Shown here in pieces: positions 45,885 to 56,416 of a DNA stretch of 64,000 bases. The notes beneath the pieces are model-generated. The model saw only the letters and a list, made by a program, of their open reading frames with translations. It was not told where the DNA came from and ran no database searches. Every line of letters begins with the position of its first letter. The first letter of the stretch is position 1. Source of the stretch: an uncultured Gammaproteobacteria bacterium (GTDB lineage Bacteria; Patescibacteriota; Patescibacteriia; Magasanikbacterales; GWA2-37-8); NCBI GenBank assembly GCA_964482695.1, contig CAYZYP010000002.1, forward strand, positions 46,962-110,961. Direction: 5' to 3'. A program made the position numbers and the translations under genes.

Positions 45885-46929
45885 TAAATTTTTTAATAAA
45901 TTTAGGAAAGATTTAAGTATTGATTTAGGTACGGCAAATACTTTGGTTTACGTCAAAGGACGCGGTATTGTTATTAATGAACCAAGCGTGGTCGCGGTAA
46001 ATACTAGAACCGAACAAATTTTAGCAGTTGGCAGCGAAGCCAAAGAAATGTTGGGAAAAACCCCGCCACACATAGTTACCACCAGACCGTTGGTCAATGG
46101 AATCATTTCTGATTTTGAGATAACAGAAAAGATGTTGCGTTATTTTATAGACAAAGTACGAGAAGAAAGCTCTACTTTTCTCTCTCGCCCACGAGTAATA
46201 ATCGGCGCTCCCCTAGACATAACAGAGGTAGAACGAAAAGCTGTCCAAGATGCCGCCTTAAACGCTGGAGCCAAAGAGGTATGGATAATAGAAGAGCCCA
46301 TGGCAGCTGCCATTGGGGCTAGGATGCCTATTCGTGAGCCAGTTGGTAATTTTATAGTAGAAATTGGCGGAGGCACCTGTGAGATAGCAGTAATTTCTTT
46401 AAGCGGAATAGTAACTTGGCGGTCGTTACCAATTGCTGGTGACGAATTAAATCGCAACATTATTCAATATGCTCGCGATGTCTTTAATTTACTGTTAGGA
46501 GAAAAACAAGCAGAAGAAATAAAAATAAAAATTGGTTCGGCTATAGAGCAAAAAGAACACAAACAATTTCCCATGCGTGGACGAGATTTGATTTCCGGCT
46601 TGCCAAAAGAAATAATGATAAATGACACGCAAGTACGTGAAGCTATTAGTAAATCTTTAAAAATTATAGTTGACAACATCAAGCAAACTTTGGAAATAAC
46701 CCCGCCAGAATTAGTAGCCGATATCCACGAGCGGGGTATTCTAGTATCTGGTGGCGGCGCCTTGTTGCGTGACATAGATGAATTAATCGCCAAAACCACT
46801 CAAATTCCAGTTCGCATAGCCGACGATCCATTAACATCTGTTGTTAGGGGCGGAGGAATATTGTTAGATGAACCAGAGTTATTGCAAGAAATTATAATTA
46901 AACCGGATGATAAAACAATATTTAATTAA
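45877..46929 (+). CDS. mreB: Rod shape-determining protein MreB
   Basis: DLGTANTLVYV and the actin-fold phosphate motifs. Start chosen at MFDKFFNKFRKDLSIDLGTANT. Confidence 0.93.
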   Translation: MFDKFFNKFRKDLSIDLGTANTLVYVKGRGIVINEPSVVAVNTRTEQILAVGSEAKEMLGKTPPHIVTTRPLVNGIISDFEITEKMLRYFIDKVREESSTFLSRPRVIIGAPLDITEVERKAVQDAALNAGAKEVWIIEEPMAAAIGARMPIREPVGNFIVEIGGGTCEIAVISLSGIVTWRSLPIAGDELNRNIIQYARDVFNLLLGEKQAEEIKIKIGSAIEQKEHKQFPMRGRDLISGLPKEIMINDTQVREAISKSLKIIVDNIKQTLEITPPELVADIHERGILVSGGGALLRDIDELIAKTTQIPVRIADDPLTSVVRGGGILLDEPELLQEIIIKPDDKTIFN

Positions 46930-46971
46930 AAAATTAACGCAGTTACTTTAACATAAGTGTTAATTTAATCT

Positions 46972-47784
46972 ATGGTGGCAACTAATTTAAAAATTAAAAG
47001 AAAGATCATTTTATTCCTAGGAGCAATTATAATGCTCATTTTTTTTCATTACTTGGGCTGGCTGGGTTGGCTGGAAAAAACAACCCGTAATTTATTTATA
47101 CCAATTTCAAAAACAACCCTGGAATGGCGAATCGTTATGAGTGATAAATATAACTCTTTTAAAAAAAGACAGGATTTAAGCAATTTATATTCTCAATGTT
47201 TAGAAAAGAACAAAACAGTAGATGAACAAAAAAGTAAAATTTCTGTTCTTTTGGAAGAAAACGATAAATTAAAAAAAATAGTCAATTGGCAAAGTAAAAC
47301 AAAATTATCAATTGTCAGCGCCAAAGTTGTCGGTAAGGGGGCGAATGAATTAGAAAAGACAATCATTATTGATATTGATGAAAAACAACAAATAAAAATC
47401 GGCCAACCAGTAATTGTTGGCGAGGGTATTTTGATAGGCAAAATAATTAAAATAGAAAATGGCGCTTCGATAGTTAGGCTTATAAATGATAACAAAAGCA
47501 AGGTAGTGGCCACTATTTTAAACAAAGATAAAAGTTTGGGGGTTGTTGAAGGCGGTTATGGTTTAAGCGTCAGGATGAACTTTATTCCTCGCAACGAGAC
47601 AATACTAATAGGCGATCAGGTAATAACCTCTGGTTTGGAAGAAAATATACCGCGTGGATTAGTTATAGGCGAAGTTGTGGTGGCTGAAAACGAATCCTAT
47701 CAACCTTTTCAACAAGCCATTTTAACGCCAGCCACAGACTTGTCCAAAATCACTGTCGTTAGCGTTATCTTATCTAGCAAATAA
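46972..47784 (+). CDS. mreC: Rod shape-determining protein MreC
   Basis: N-terminal TM helix, coiled coil, and C-terminal beta domains (IGQPVIVGEGILIGKI...). Confidence 0.85.
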   Translation: MVATNLKIKRKIILFLGAIIMLIFFHYLGWLGWLEKTTRNLFIPISKTTLEWRIVMSDKYNSFKKRQDLSNLYSQCLEKNKTVDEQKSKISVLLEENDKLKKIVNWQSKTKLSIVSAKVVGKGANELEKTIIIDIDEKQQIKIGQPVIVGEGILIGKIIKIENGASIVRLINDNKSKVVATILNKDKSLGVVEGGYGLSVRMNFIPRNETILIGDQVITSGLEENIPRGLVIGEVVVAENESYQPFQQAILTPATDLSKITVVSVILSSK

Positions 47785-47807
47785 CACAAAATCATTTTAA
47801 CAGATGT

Positions 47808-48338
47808 ATGTTTTTTAAATATTGCCGGTCGCTACTATTAATAATAAGTTTATTTTTAGTTCATCTGGTTGCTATCAATTTTTTACCCGTGCCAATTAAT
47901 AAAATTAATTTAATATTTTTATTTCTTCTTTGGCAAATAATTTATAAAAATAAACTACTTATTGGATACTCTTTGATTTTTGCCTCCTTGTTAGAATTAT
48001 TTAGCAGTACACCTTTTGGCGTAAATCTCGTAATTTATCCCGCTAGTTTATTGATCATATACTGGTTTTCGAAAAATATCCTTACCAACCGGTCGTTTTT
48101 TACCATTATTATTATCACCGCTCTGGGTACGGTTATTTTCAAATTAATTTTTTATTTTTCTCTTGTAATTTTAAATATTTTTATCCCTTCTTTATTTGCT
48201 TTAAATCAAGAAATCTTTATATTAGCCGGCTGGGAAGTCTTGTTTAACAGCCTTTTTTCCGCGATAATTTATTTGATAAATTACAATATCTTAAAAAATT
48301 TAAACCCCACATTTCTTAAAATAAACAAAAGGTTTTGA
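47808..48338 (+). CDS. mreD: Rod shape-determining protein MreD (by position and topology)
   Basis: 176-aa polytopic membrane protein lying between mreC and mrdA. Confidence 0.5.
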   Translation: MFFKYCRSLLLIISLFLVHLVAINFLPVPINKINLIFLFLLWQIIYKNKLLIGYSLIFASLLELFSSTPFGVNLVIYPASLLIIYWFSKNILTNRSFFTIIIITALGTVIFKLIFYFSLVILNIFIPSLFALNQEIFILAGWEVLFNSLFSAIIYLINYNILKNLNPTFLKINKRF

Positions 48339-50317
48339 ATCGTATTATGGCAAGCAATAAAGGTCTATTTGAAATTCAAAAAGAAGATATCTCTGACAGT
48401 GATTTAAACGGTAAATATAATCTAACTTGGGTAGAGGAGTCTTTTACCATATCAGATAATAATAAAAAACAAAAAATCGGTAATAGTTACTTAGGTACTA
48501 GTATTAAAAAGAAAAAAATTGTTATTTTAGCTTTTTTTATTTTTATTTGCGTAATGATAATTTTGGGAAGACTGATATATTTACAAATTATTAAAGGAAA
48601 TTTTTATTATACTTTAGCAGAAAATAATCGCATCCGTTTAAATCCCATTGCGGCTGAAAGAGGAATTATTTATGACCGTAACCATAAAAGTTTGTTACAA
48701 AACGTACCAAATTTTTCTTTAAATCTGATACCGCAAAATCTACCAACCGATGAAAACAAAAGACAAGAAATTATCAAACAAGTAGTGGCCGCCGGTAATA
48801 TAGAAGAAAAACAGATCTACGAATTATTAAACAAATACGGTTCGTACAGTTACGCTTCGTTAATATTAAAAGAAAACCTTGATTACGACTCTGCTCTTAA
48901 GCTATATATCAAAAACGCTGAATTACCAGGAATAACTATTTCCAAAGGTAGTAAAAGAAAATATTTAATAAGCAACAACGGAACAAGCACTTTAAGTTTG
49001 TCGCATATTTTAGGTTATGTTAGTAAACTCAATGAACAAGAATACGCTGATTTAAAAAATAACGGTTATTTATTGTTTGACAATATTGGTAAAACTGGTT
49101 TAGAAAAAATATATGAAAAAGAATTGCGTGGAATATATGGCCAACAAAAAATAGAAGTAGACGCTAAAGGTAGAGAAACAAATATATTAGCCGAGGATAG
49201 CCCCATACCAGGAAATAATTTAATTTTAAGTTTAGATTTAGAAGCGCAAACAAAAATGGAACAGTTGATAAAAGAAGCTCTGAATAAAAAAAATAAACAA
49301 CGAGCCGCGGCCATAGCTTTAAACCCGCAAGATGGTTCTATCTTAGCTCTTGTTTCTTGGCCTGCTTTTGACAACAATGATTTTGCCGGTGGTATTGAAC
49401 AAAAAAAATATGAGGATTATTTAAATGATATAGACAACCCTTTATTTAACCGTGCAATTAGCGGTACTTACCCTTCTGGATCCACTATTAAATTAATTTT
49501 AGTAGCTGCTGCTTTGCAAGAAAAAATAATAACACCACAAACTGTTTTTCTTAGTGTCGGCGGTTTAAGTGTGGGGACATGGTTTTTTAAAGATTGGCAA
49601 GCTGGCGGCCACGGTATTACTAACGCGACCAAAGCAATAGCCTGGTCGGTAAACACCTTTTTTTATTATATTGGCGGCGGCTATGAAAATTTTGTCGGCT
49701 TGGGTGTAGATAAAATAAGCCAATACATGCGCTATTTTAATTTAGCTAAAAAAACCGGCATTGATTTACCAGGAGAAGAAACTGGGTTTATACCTAGTAA
49801 AACTTGGAAAGAAAATGTTAAAAAAGAACAATGGTACGTAGGTGATACTTATAATCTTTCTATCGGCCAAGGCGATCTTTTGGTAACCCCTTTGCAAGTA
49901 GCAGCTTGGACATCAACAATCGCTAATAATGGAAAAAATATTCAACCCCATTTGGTGGAAAAAATTGAAAATTCTCTTAATTTAAAAACAACAAAAATTA
50001 AATACAACGAAACAACTGTCCCTATAGACTATAAAAATATTTTTGTTGTCCAACAAGGAATGCGGGAATGCGTCACTGGTGGCAGTTGTCAACAATTACA
50101 ATATTTACCTTTTGCCAGCGCTGGCAAAACAGGTACGGCGCAGTGGAATAACAATAATAAACAAAATCATGCTTGGTTTACTGCTTTTGCCCCTTTTAAT
50201 AATCCGCAAATAGTAGTAACTGTTCTAGTAGAAGAAGGAGAAGAGGGGGCTAGCGTCGCCATGCCTGTTGCTTATGAATTTCTAAAATGGTGGGGAGAAA
50301 AATATAAAATTAAATAA
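48335..50317 (+). CDS. mrdA: Penicillin-binding protein 2 (elongasome transpeptidase)
   Basis: N-terminal TM helix, dimerisation domain, and SGSTIKL (SxxK), SVN and KTGTA motifs. Confidence 0.92.
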   Translation: MNRIMASNKGLFEIQKEDISDSDLNGKYNLTWVEESFTISDNNKKQKIGNSYLGTSIKKKKIVILAFFIFICVMIILGRLIYLQIIKGNFYYTLAENNRIRLNPIAAERGIIYDRNHKSLLQNVPNFSLNLIPQNLPTDENKRQEIIKQVVAAGNIEEKQIYELLNKYGSYSYASLILKENLDYDSALKLYIKNAELPGITISKGSKRKYLISNNGTSTLSLSHILGYVSKLNEQEYADLKNNGYLLFDNIGKTGLEKIYEKELRGIYGQQKIEVDAKGRETNILAEDSPIPGNNLILSLDLEAQTKMEQLIKEALNKKNKQRAAAIALNPQDGSILALVSWPAFDNNDFAGGIEQKKYEDYLNDIDNPLFNRAISGTYPSGSTIKLILVAAALQEKIITPQTVFLSVGGLSVGTWFFKDWQAGGHGITNATKAIAWSVNTFFYYIGGGYENFVGLGVDKISQYMRYFNLAKKTGIDLPGEETGFIPSKTWKENVKKEQWYVGDTYNLSIGQGDLLVTPLQVAAWTSTIANNGKNIQPHLVEKIENSLNLKTTKIKYNETTVPIDYKNIFVVQQGMRECVTGGSCQQLQYLPFASAGKTGTAQWNNNNKQNHAWFTAFAPFNNPQIVVTVLVEEGEEGASVAMPVAYEFLKWWGEKYKIK

Positions 50318-50345
50318 TTGACATTTAAAAAAACCATGGTATACT
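50318..50345 (+). promoter_or_regulatory. Near-consensus sigma70 promoter upstream of greA
   Basis: TTGACA, 16-nt spacer, TATACT. Confidence 0.5.
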
Positions 50346-50443
50346 AATTGGCATAAGAAAAGAAAAAAACTAGAAAATTATTTGTGGCTAATATCTGTTA
50401 AATTTTTTTGGATATCTTTTTTATATTATTAATATTTATTTTT

Positions 50444-50917
50444 ATGTCCGATGACAAAGTACAGTATCTTACTCCCAATGGCTATGAAAAAATCAAAGCT
50501 GAATACGACGAGCTGAAAAACAATAAAATACCAGAAATCGCCAACAAAATAGATGAGGCCAAACAACAAGGCGATTTGTCAGAAAACGCGGAATATCATC
50601 AAGCCAAAGAAGAAATGGCTTGGGCTCAGGGCAGATTAATAGAATTAGACTATATTTTAAATAACGCGCAAGTCTTTAAAACCTCAAATAATAACAAAAA
50701 CGCGGTCGTCGTGGGTTGTACTGTCAAATTTAAGAACAAAAATAAGCAAATTAAAGAATATACTATAGTTGGTCCACAAGAAGCGGACCCAATCAAAGGT
50801 AGAATTTCAAATGAATCACCGTTGGGCGAATCATTTCTCGGACAAAAAGTAGGTGACGTAATAAAGGTAAATACCCCGCTCGGAGAACAAATTTACGAAA
50901 TTTTAGAAATAAATTAA
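50444..50917 (+). CDS. greA: Transcription elongation factor GreA
   Basis: Coiled-coil N-terminus with LSENAEYHQAKEE and an FKBP-like C-terminus. Start chosen at MSDDKVQYLT. Confidence 0.9.
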   Translation: MSDDKVQYLTPNGYEKIKAEYDELKNNKIPEIANKIDEAKQQGDLSENAEYHQAKEEMAWAQGRLIELDYILNNAQVFKTSNNNKNAVVVGCTVKFKNKNKQIKEYTIVGPQEADPIKGRISNESPLGESFLGQKVGDVIKVNTPLGEQIYEILEIN

Positions 50918-50936
50918 TTTAACAAACTACGTGCTA

Positions 50937-50967
50937 GCCCCCATAATTTACTTTATGGGGGTTTTTG
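50937..50967 (+). terminator. Rho-independent terminator after greA
   Basis: GCCCCCAT-aatttactttat-GGGGGTTTTT. Confidence 0.8.
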
Positions 50968-50993
50968 ACGAAAGAGACAAATTAGGCTATAAT
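50965..50993 (+). promoter_or_regulatory. Sigma70-like promoter upstream of lysS
   Basis: TTGACG, 17-nt spacer, TATAAT. Confidence 0.5.
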
Positions 50994-51083
50994 TGCATAT
51001 GATAATCGAAAATAAAGAACGATAAACCCTAACTAGGCAATTTTTTGGGGTTAACACCATTTATAATTAATAATAAAATTTTT

Positions 51084-52538
51084 ATGACAACCCTAGATGA
51101 AGAACAGGTGCGACAAGAAAAAATTAAAAATTTTTTGTCAGCAGGCATATATCCTTACCCAGCGAAAAGCAATCGCTTACAAACTACTGCCGAAGCTTTA
51201 AAAATAGGCGAAAATCAGTCTGTTGTTTTAGTTGGCCGGCTAATATCAAAAAGAGAGATGGGGAAACTTTGTTTTAGTCATCTTAAAGATCAATTTGGAA
51301 AAATACAGTTAGCTTTTTCAGAAAAAGAATTAGGTAAAGACAAATTTAAATTTTTTATCAAAAATTTTGATGTCGGTGATTTCGTTCAAGTCAGCGGAAA
51401 TATCTTTGTAACTCATAAAGGCGAGACCTCTGTTTTGACAAAAGAATATAATATCTTAACAAAAACGTGTTTGCCATTACCAGAAAAATTTCATGGCTTG
51501 TCTGACATAGAAATCCGTTACCGCCAACGTTATTTGGATTTATTAGCTAACGAGGAAAGCCTTAAAATAGCCTACTTGCGCAGTAATTTAATCAAAGAAA
51601 TCAGAAAATATTTTGATTGCAAAAATTTTTATGAAGTAGAAACACCGATATTACAAACCCTATATGGGGGCGCTTTAGCCAAGCCTTTTGTTACCCATCA
51701 CAATGCTTTGGATATCACATTATACCTACGTATCGCCCCAGAATTATATTTAAAACGTTTAATAGTTGGCGGCTTTGAAAAAGTTTATGAAATTGCTCGT
51801 TGTTTTAGAAATGAAGGAATAGACAATAATCATAACCCCGAATTTACCCAAATTGAATTTTATTGGGCATACGCTAATTACAACGATTTAATGAATTTCG
51901 TAGAAGACTTTTTACCAGCTATTATCAAAGCCGTTGATTTACCTCTTAAATTTAAAGTTGGCGACAAAGAAGTTGATTTTACGCCACCTTACCCACGCAT
52001 AACAATGCGTGAGATAATTAAAAAATACGCCAAAATAGACATAGAAGATTTTCCTGATCAGGAATCTATCTACCAAAAAGCACTCGGGCTTCATATCGAA
52101 GGTGTTCTAAAAAATGATGGTCGGGGGAAAATAATTGATGAAATTTACAAAACTTACGCTCGTCCGCATATTGTTAATCCAATTTTCATGATCGATCATC
52201 CAGTAGAACTTTCGCCACTTGCCAAACAAAGGCAGGACGACCCTCGATACGTAGAACGAGTGCAATTGTTATGTGTTGGTGGCAACGAACTATGTAATGG
52301 TTTTTCAGAATTAAACGATCCTATTGAGCAAGAAAATCGTTTTAAAGAACAAGAAAGGTTGCAAGAAGCTGGCGACGATGAAAGCATGCCGTATGATGAA
52401 GATTTTGTTACTGCTTTAAAGCATGGAATGCCACCAACCGCTGGATTGGGTATGGGTATAGATAGGCTAGTAAAATTGCTAACAGATTCAGAAAATTTAA
52501 AAGAAGTTATTTTATTTCCAACATTAAAACCAAATTGA
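51084..52538 (+). CDS. lysS: Lysyl-tRNA synthetase (class II)
   Basis: OB-fold N-terminus and class II motifs (FRNEG, GGNELCNGFSE, GLGMGIDR). Confidence 0.95.
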   Translation: MTTLDEEQVRQEKIKNFLSAGIYPYPAKSNRLQTTAEALKIGENQSVVLVGRLISKREMGKLCFSHLKDQFGKIQLAFSEKELGKDKFKFFIKNFDVGDFVQVSGNIFVTHKGETSVLTKEYNILTKTCLPLPEKFHGLSDIEIRYRQRYLDLLANEESLKIAYLRSNLIKEIRKYFDCKNFYEVETPILQTLYGGALAKPFVTHHNALDITLYLRIAPELYLKRLIVGGFEKVYEIARCFRNEGIDNNHNPEFTQIEFYWAYANYNDLMNFVEDFLPAIIKAVDLPLKFKVGDKEVDFTPPYPRITMREIIKKYAKIDIEDFPDQESIYQKALGLHIEGVLKNDGRGKIIDEIYKTYARPHIVNPIFMIDHPVELSPLAKQRQDDPRYVERVQLLCVGGNELCNGFSELNDPIEQENRFKEQERLQEAGDDESMPYDEDFVTALKHGMPPTAGLGMGIDRLVKLLTDSENLKEVILFPTLKPN

Positions 52539-52541
52539 TAC

Positions 52542-52937
52542 ATGAAGAAAGTAATTGTTTTCGGGACATTTGATATTTTACACCCCGGCCATATCCACAT
52601 GTTAAAAGAAGCTAGGGAGTATGGTGATTTTTTGATAGTTGTAGTAGCGCGCGACGACATAGTTTGTGAAATTAAAGGTAAGAAACCAACAAACAACGAG
52701 GATAAACGATTTGAAAATATACAAAAAACTAATCTCGCGGATAAGGTCAGGCTAGGCTGTCTAGATGATAAATATAAAGCGATCGCCGAAGAAAAACCAA
52801 ATGTTATAGCTTTGGGTTACGACCAAAGGGCTTTTGTTGACAAACTCAGCGAGGTTGTTGAAGATGAAGTACAGATAGTAAAGCTAAGTCCATACCTGCC
52901 AGAAAAATATAAAAGTTCTAAATTAAACCAATCTTAG
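52542..52937 (+). CDS. Cytidylyltransferase-like nucleotidyltransferase (TagD/RfaE-II/RibL-like)
   Basis: GTFDILHPGHI (HxGH motif); 131 aa. Confidence 0.65.
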   Translation: MKKVIVFGTFDILHPGHIHMLKEAREYGDFLIVVVARDDIVCEIKGKKPTNNEDKRFENIQKTNLADKVRLGCLDDKYKAIAEEKPNVIALGYDQRAFVDKLSEVVEDEVQIVKLSPYLPEKYKSSKLNQS

Positions 52938-52950
52938 GTCTGTAAAATTT

Positions 52951-53976
52951 ATGAAAAAAATTCTGATCGCCACGACTAACCTAGGAAAATTTCAAGAAAT
53001 AGCCAGCGAACTGTCTGATTTACCTTTTACTTTTTTATCATTAAACGAGCTTGATAAAAAAATTGCTACTCCACCAGAAGACGAGCCTACTATAGAAGGT
53101 AATGCTGTTTTAAAAGCTAAATATTACGGTAAAAAAACAGGTCTTTTAACTATTGCTGATGATGGTGGTCTTTTTATTAAGGCGCTAAACAATTGGCCAG
53201 GAGTAATTACAGCTCGCGTAGCTAAAAATGATACTGAAAGAAAAAAAATAGTTCTTAAAAAAATGAAAATGAAAAAAAATAGAACCGCGATTTTTAAAGC
53301 AGTTTTGGCAGCTTACGACCCACAAAACGATAACCTATTTATTGCCAGCGGAGAAACTAAAGGAACTATTTTAACAAAATCAGTTAAAAAAATAAAAACC
53401 GGCTTTGCTTATGATCCTATCTTTTACGTAACTAGCGCTAAAAAAGCTTATGCCGAAATGACACTACCAGAAAAAAATAAATTAAGTCATCGTGGTAAAG
53501 CTTTGATAAAAATCAAACTTTTTTTAATAAAACAACACAGTTTTAGACAATTATTGGTTTCCATTGCTATTATTGTAAAAGATAGAAAAATGCTTATGAC
53601 TTTACGGCGTGATCATAGACCAGAGTTTGATAAAAAATGGGAATTTCCTGGCGGGGGAGTAGATAATGGCGAAAATTTAGAACAAGCTTTAAGAAGAGAG
53701 GTAAGAGAAGAAACTGGCTATAATATAAAAATTTTAGAAAAGCTCCCGGACCCCTGGACCGCTATAAGTAAAAAGGGGGATTACCAGGTTTTTGTGTTTA
53801 TTTATATTTGCAAAGTAACGAGTGGTAAATTTAAAACTTCTGACACAGAAACTATCGACCATGGATGGTTCACTGTTTCACAAGCCCTTAAAAAAAATCT
53901 AATGCCCTTGAACAAAAAAAGTATTCAAAGCAAAGATACAATGAAAATTTTAAAAAAATACATTAAACATAAATAA
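52951..53976 (+). CDS. Fusion of a non-canonical purine NTP pyrophosphatase (RdgB/Ham1) with a C-terminal NUDIX hydrolase domain
   Basis: N-terminal ATTNLGKFQEI...GFAYDPIF...SHRG (Ham1), then the Nudix box GGGVDNGENLEQALRREVREETGY. Confidence 0.85.
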   Translation: MKKILIATTNLGKFQEIASELSDLPFTFLSLNELDKKIATPPEDEPTIEGNAVLKAKYYGKKTGLLTIADDGGLFIKALNNWPGVITARVAKNDTERKKIVLKKMKMKKNRTAIFKAVLAAYDPQNDNLFIASGETKGTILTKSVKKIKTGFAYDPIFYVTSAKKAYAEMTLPEKNKLSHRGKALIKIKLFLIKQHSFRQLLVSIAIIVKDRKMLMTLRRDHRPEFDKKWEFPGGGVDNGENLEQALRREVREETGYNIKILEKLPDPWTAISKKGDYQVFVFIYICKVTSGKFKTSDTETIDHGWFTVSQALKKNLMPLNKKSIQSKDTMKILKKYIKHK

Positions 53977-53985
53977 CTAAATTAT

Positions 53986-55245
53986 ATGCTTGATATTAAA
54001 TTTATTAGAGAAAATAAAGACGCCGTATTACTAAATTGTAAAAATAGGAAAATCAAGGTGGATTTGGATACTCTTTTGGAAGCAGACGACGAACGAAAAA
54101 AATTAGTCCAAAAAATAGACGACTTACGGGCCGCACGCAAACAAAAATCAAAACAAAAACCTAACGAAGATGATATTAAGCTGGTAAGAAAATTAGGAGA
54201 TGAAATTCAACAATTAGAAAAATTGCTTTTAAAAAAAGAAGATGAGGTAAAGGAATTGTTATACCAAGTGCCAAACATGACTCATCCAGAAAGCCCGATT
54301 GGGGATGAAGAAAATTTTAAAACGATTTACACCAATAAAGAATCAACCCTATTTTCCTTTGTTCCAAAAGACCACGAACAATTAATGACAGCACTTGATT
54401 TGATAGACTTTGAGCGCGGAGCAAAAGTAGCGGGAGCAAAATTTTACTTTTTTAAAAACCAGATGGTAAGGCTTAATCAGGCATTAATCAACTACGGTTT
54501 AGATATTGCCGCTAAATACGATTATAAATTAATGGAAACGCCCGATTTAGCCAATCAAACCACCATGAGTGGCAGTGGCTTTAACCCGCGTGGTGAAGAA
54601 AAACAAACATATGAAATTAAAAGTGACAACCTTGATTTAATCGGCACGGCTGAAATAAATATTTTAGGCTATCACGCTGACGAAATTTTGGACTTTAAAA
54701 ATGGCGCGAAAAAATATGTTGCTTTATCTCATTGTTTTCGCAAAGAAGCTGGTGCCTATGGTAAAGCCAGTAAAGGCCTATATCGAGTCCATCAATTTAC
54801 TAAACTGGAAATGTTTATCTTTTGTCGGCCAGAAGAAAGCGAAAAATTTCATCAGGAATTGTTAGCTATTGAAAAAGAAATAGCTGATGGTTTAGGCTTC
54901 CCATACAAGGTAATTGATATTGCTACTGGTGATTTAGGCGGACCTGCGTACAGAAAATATGATTTGGAGGCATATATGACTATGAAAGGAGATGAAAAAA
55001 AACAAGGTGATTACGGAGAAATTACTAGTGCCAGTAACTGTACCGACTATCAGGCACGACGACTAAATATAAAATACAAAGACGAACAACAGAACACAAA
55101 ATTTGTTCATACCTTAAATGGCACAGCTATAGTTTTGAGCCGTTTCCCAATAGCAATTATAGAAAACAATCAACAGGCTGATGGTAGTATTCTGGTGCCG
55201 GAAGTTTTACAAAAATACTGCGGATTTGATGTAATAAAAAAATAA
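53986..55245 (+). CDS. serS: Seryl-tRNA synthetase
   Basis: N-terminal coiled coil and class II motifs (FRKEAG, GTAE..NGTA). Confidence 0.95.
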   Translation: MLDIKFIRENKDAVLLNCKNRKIKVDLDTLLEADDERKKLVQKIDDLRAARKQKSKQKPNEDDIKLVRKLGDEIQQLEKLLLKKEDEVKELLYQVPNMTHPESPIGDEENFKTIYTNKESTLFSFVPKDHEQLMTALDLIDFERGAKVAGAKFYFFKNQMVRLNQALINYGLDIAAKYDYKLMETPDLANQTTMSGSGFNPRGEEKQTYEIKSDNLDLIGTAEINILGYHADEILDFKNGAKKYVALSHCFRKEAGAYGKASKGLYRVHQFTKLEMFIFCRPEESEKFHQELLAIEKEIADGLGFPYKVIDIATGDLGGPAYRKYDLEAYMTMKGDEKKQGDYGEITSASNCTDYQARRLNIKYKDEQQNTKFVHTLNGTAIVLSRFPIAIIENNQQADGSILVPEVLQKYCGFDVIKK

Positions 55246-55287
55246 ATATAAATTTTTCACTTAATAGCTTATTTACTATTAATTTTT

Positions 55288-56409
55288 ATGTTAACTTGGC
55301 TAGAAATCTCCAAGCAAGCTATAGAACACAACATCAAACAATTCCGGAAATTAGTTGGCGCTAACGTTCTTCTAATGCCGGTCATAAAGTCCAACGCCTA
55401 TGGGCATGGATTTTTTGAAATTGCCAAAATTTGTAATAAAAATAAAGAAGTAGACCGAATTTGCGTAGTCTGTGATGATGAAGCGAACCAACTTTTTTCT
55501 CTTAAAGAAAATTTGAAAAAACCAGTGTTAATTTTAAGTTTCTACGAATTAAATGAAAATAAAATATTAAAGTTAGCCAAAAATAACGTAATTTTTCCTC
55601 TTTATAACGAAAAACAGCTAAATTTTTTAAATCAGGTGGGGGAGATGTTGGGAAAAAAAATAAAAGTTCATCTTAAAATTGATATTGGCACTTCTCGGAT
55701 AGGCGTTTTGCCAAAAAATATTTTAAACTTCACCAGTAAAATATATAAAAATAAATTTATTGAGGTCGAAGGAATATTCGGCCATTTTGCTTCCATAGAA
55801 GAGAATGGGGGAGCGTATACAAAAATTCAATTAAAACTATTTAATGACATTGTTCAAAAAATAGAATCGACCGGAATTAAAATTAAATATAAACACACTA
55901 CTTGTTCCGCGGCCATGATATTGTTTAAAAATAGCTATTTTAACACCGTTAGATTTGGACTTAGCCTATACGGGCTTCACCCTTCTTCTAAAACTATCAA
56001 AAAAATCAATCTCCAGCCAGCTTTATCATGGTTTACTACTATTATTCACCTAAAAACAGTGCCCAAGGGCACAAAAGTAGGCTATGGTTGCACTTATACA
56101 ACTAAAAAGCAAACCAAAATTGCCACCCTGCCGATTGGTTACTGGGATGGGTACGATCGTGGATTTTCTAACAATGCTCATGTGATTATAAACGGCCTTA
56201 AATGTCCTATAATAGGTCGTATAAGCATGAATTTAACAACAGTTGATGTTTCTAGTGTTAATAATATAGAAATAGGCGACAGGGTAATTTTAATTGGCCA
56301 AAGTAAAAAAAATCAAATTACCGCCGATGAACTGGCAAAAAATATCAATACCATAAATTACGAAATAACAACCAGAATCAATCCTCTTTTACCAAGATTG
56401 GTAATATGA
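55288..56409 (+). CDS. alr: Alanine racemase
   Basis: PLP-Lys motif VIKSNAYGHG and an overall alr-like layout. Confidence 0.88.
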   Translation: MLTWLEISKQAIEHNIKQFRKLVGANVLLMPVIKSNAYGHGFFEIAKICNKNKEVDRICVVCDDEANQLFSLKENLKKPVLILSFYELNENKILKLAKNNVIFPLYNEKQLNFLNQVGEMLGKKIKVHLKIDIGTSRIGVLPKNILNFTSKIYKNKFIEVEGIFGHFASIEENGGAYTKIQLKLFNDIVQKIESTGIKIKYKHTTCSAAMILFKNSYFNTVRFGLSLYGLHPSSKTIKKINLQPALSWFTTIIHLKTVPKGTKVGYGCTYTTKKQTKIATLPIGYWDGYDRGFSNNAHVIINGLKCPIIGRISMNLTTVDVSSVNNIEIGDRVILIGQSKKNQITADELAKNINTINYEITTRINPLLPRLVI

Positions 56410-56416
56410 TTTCTTT

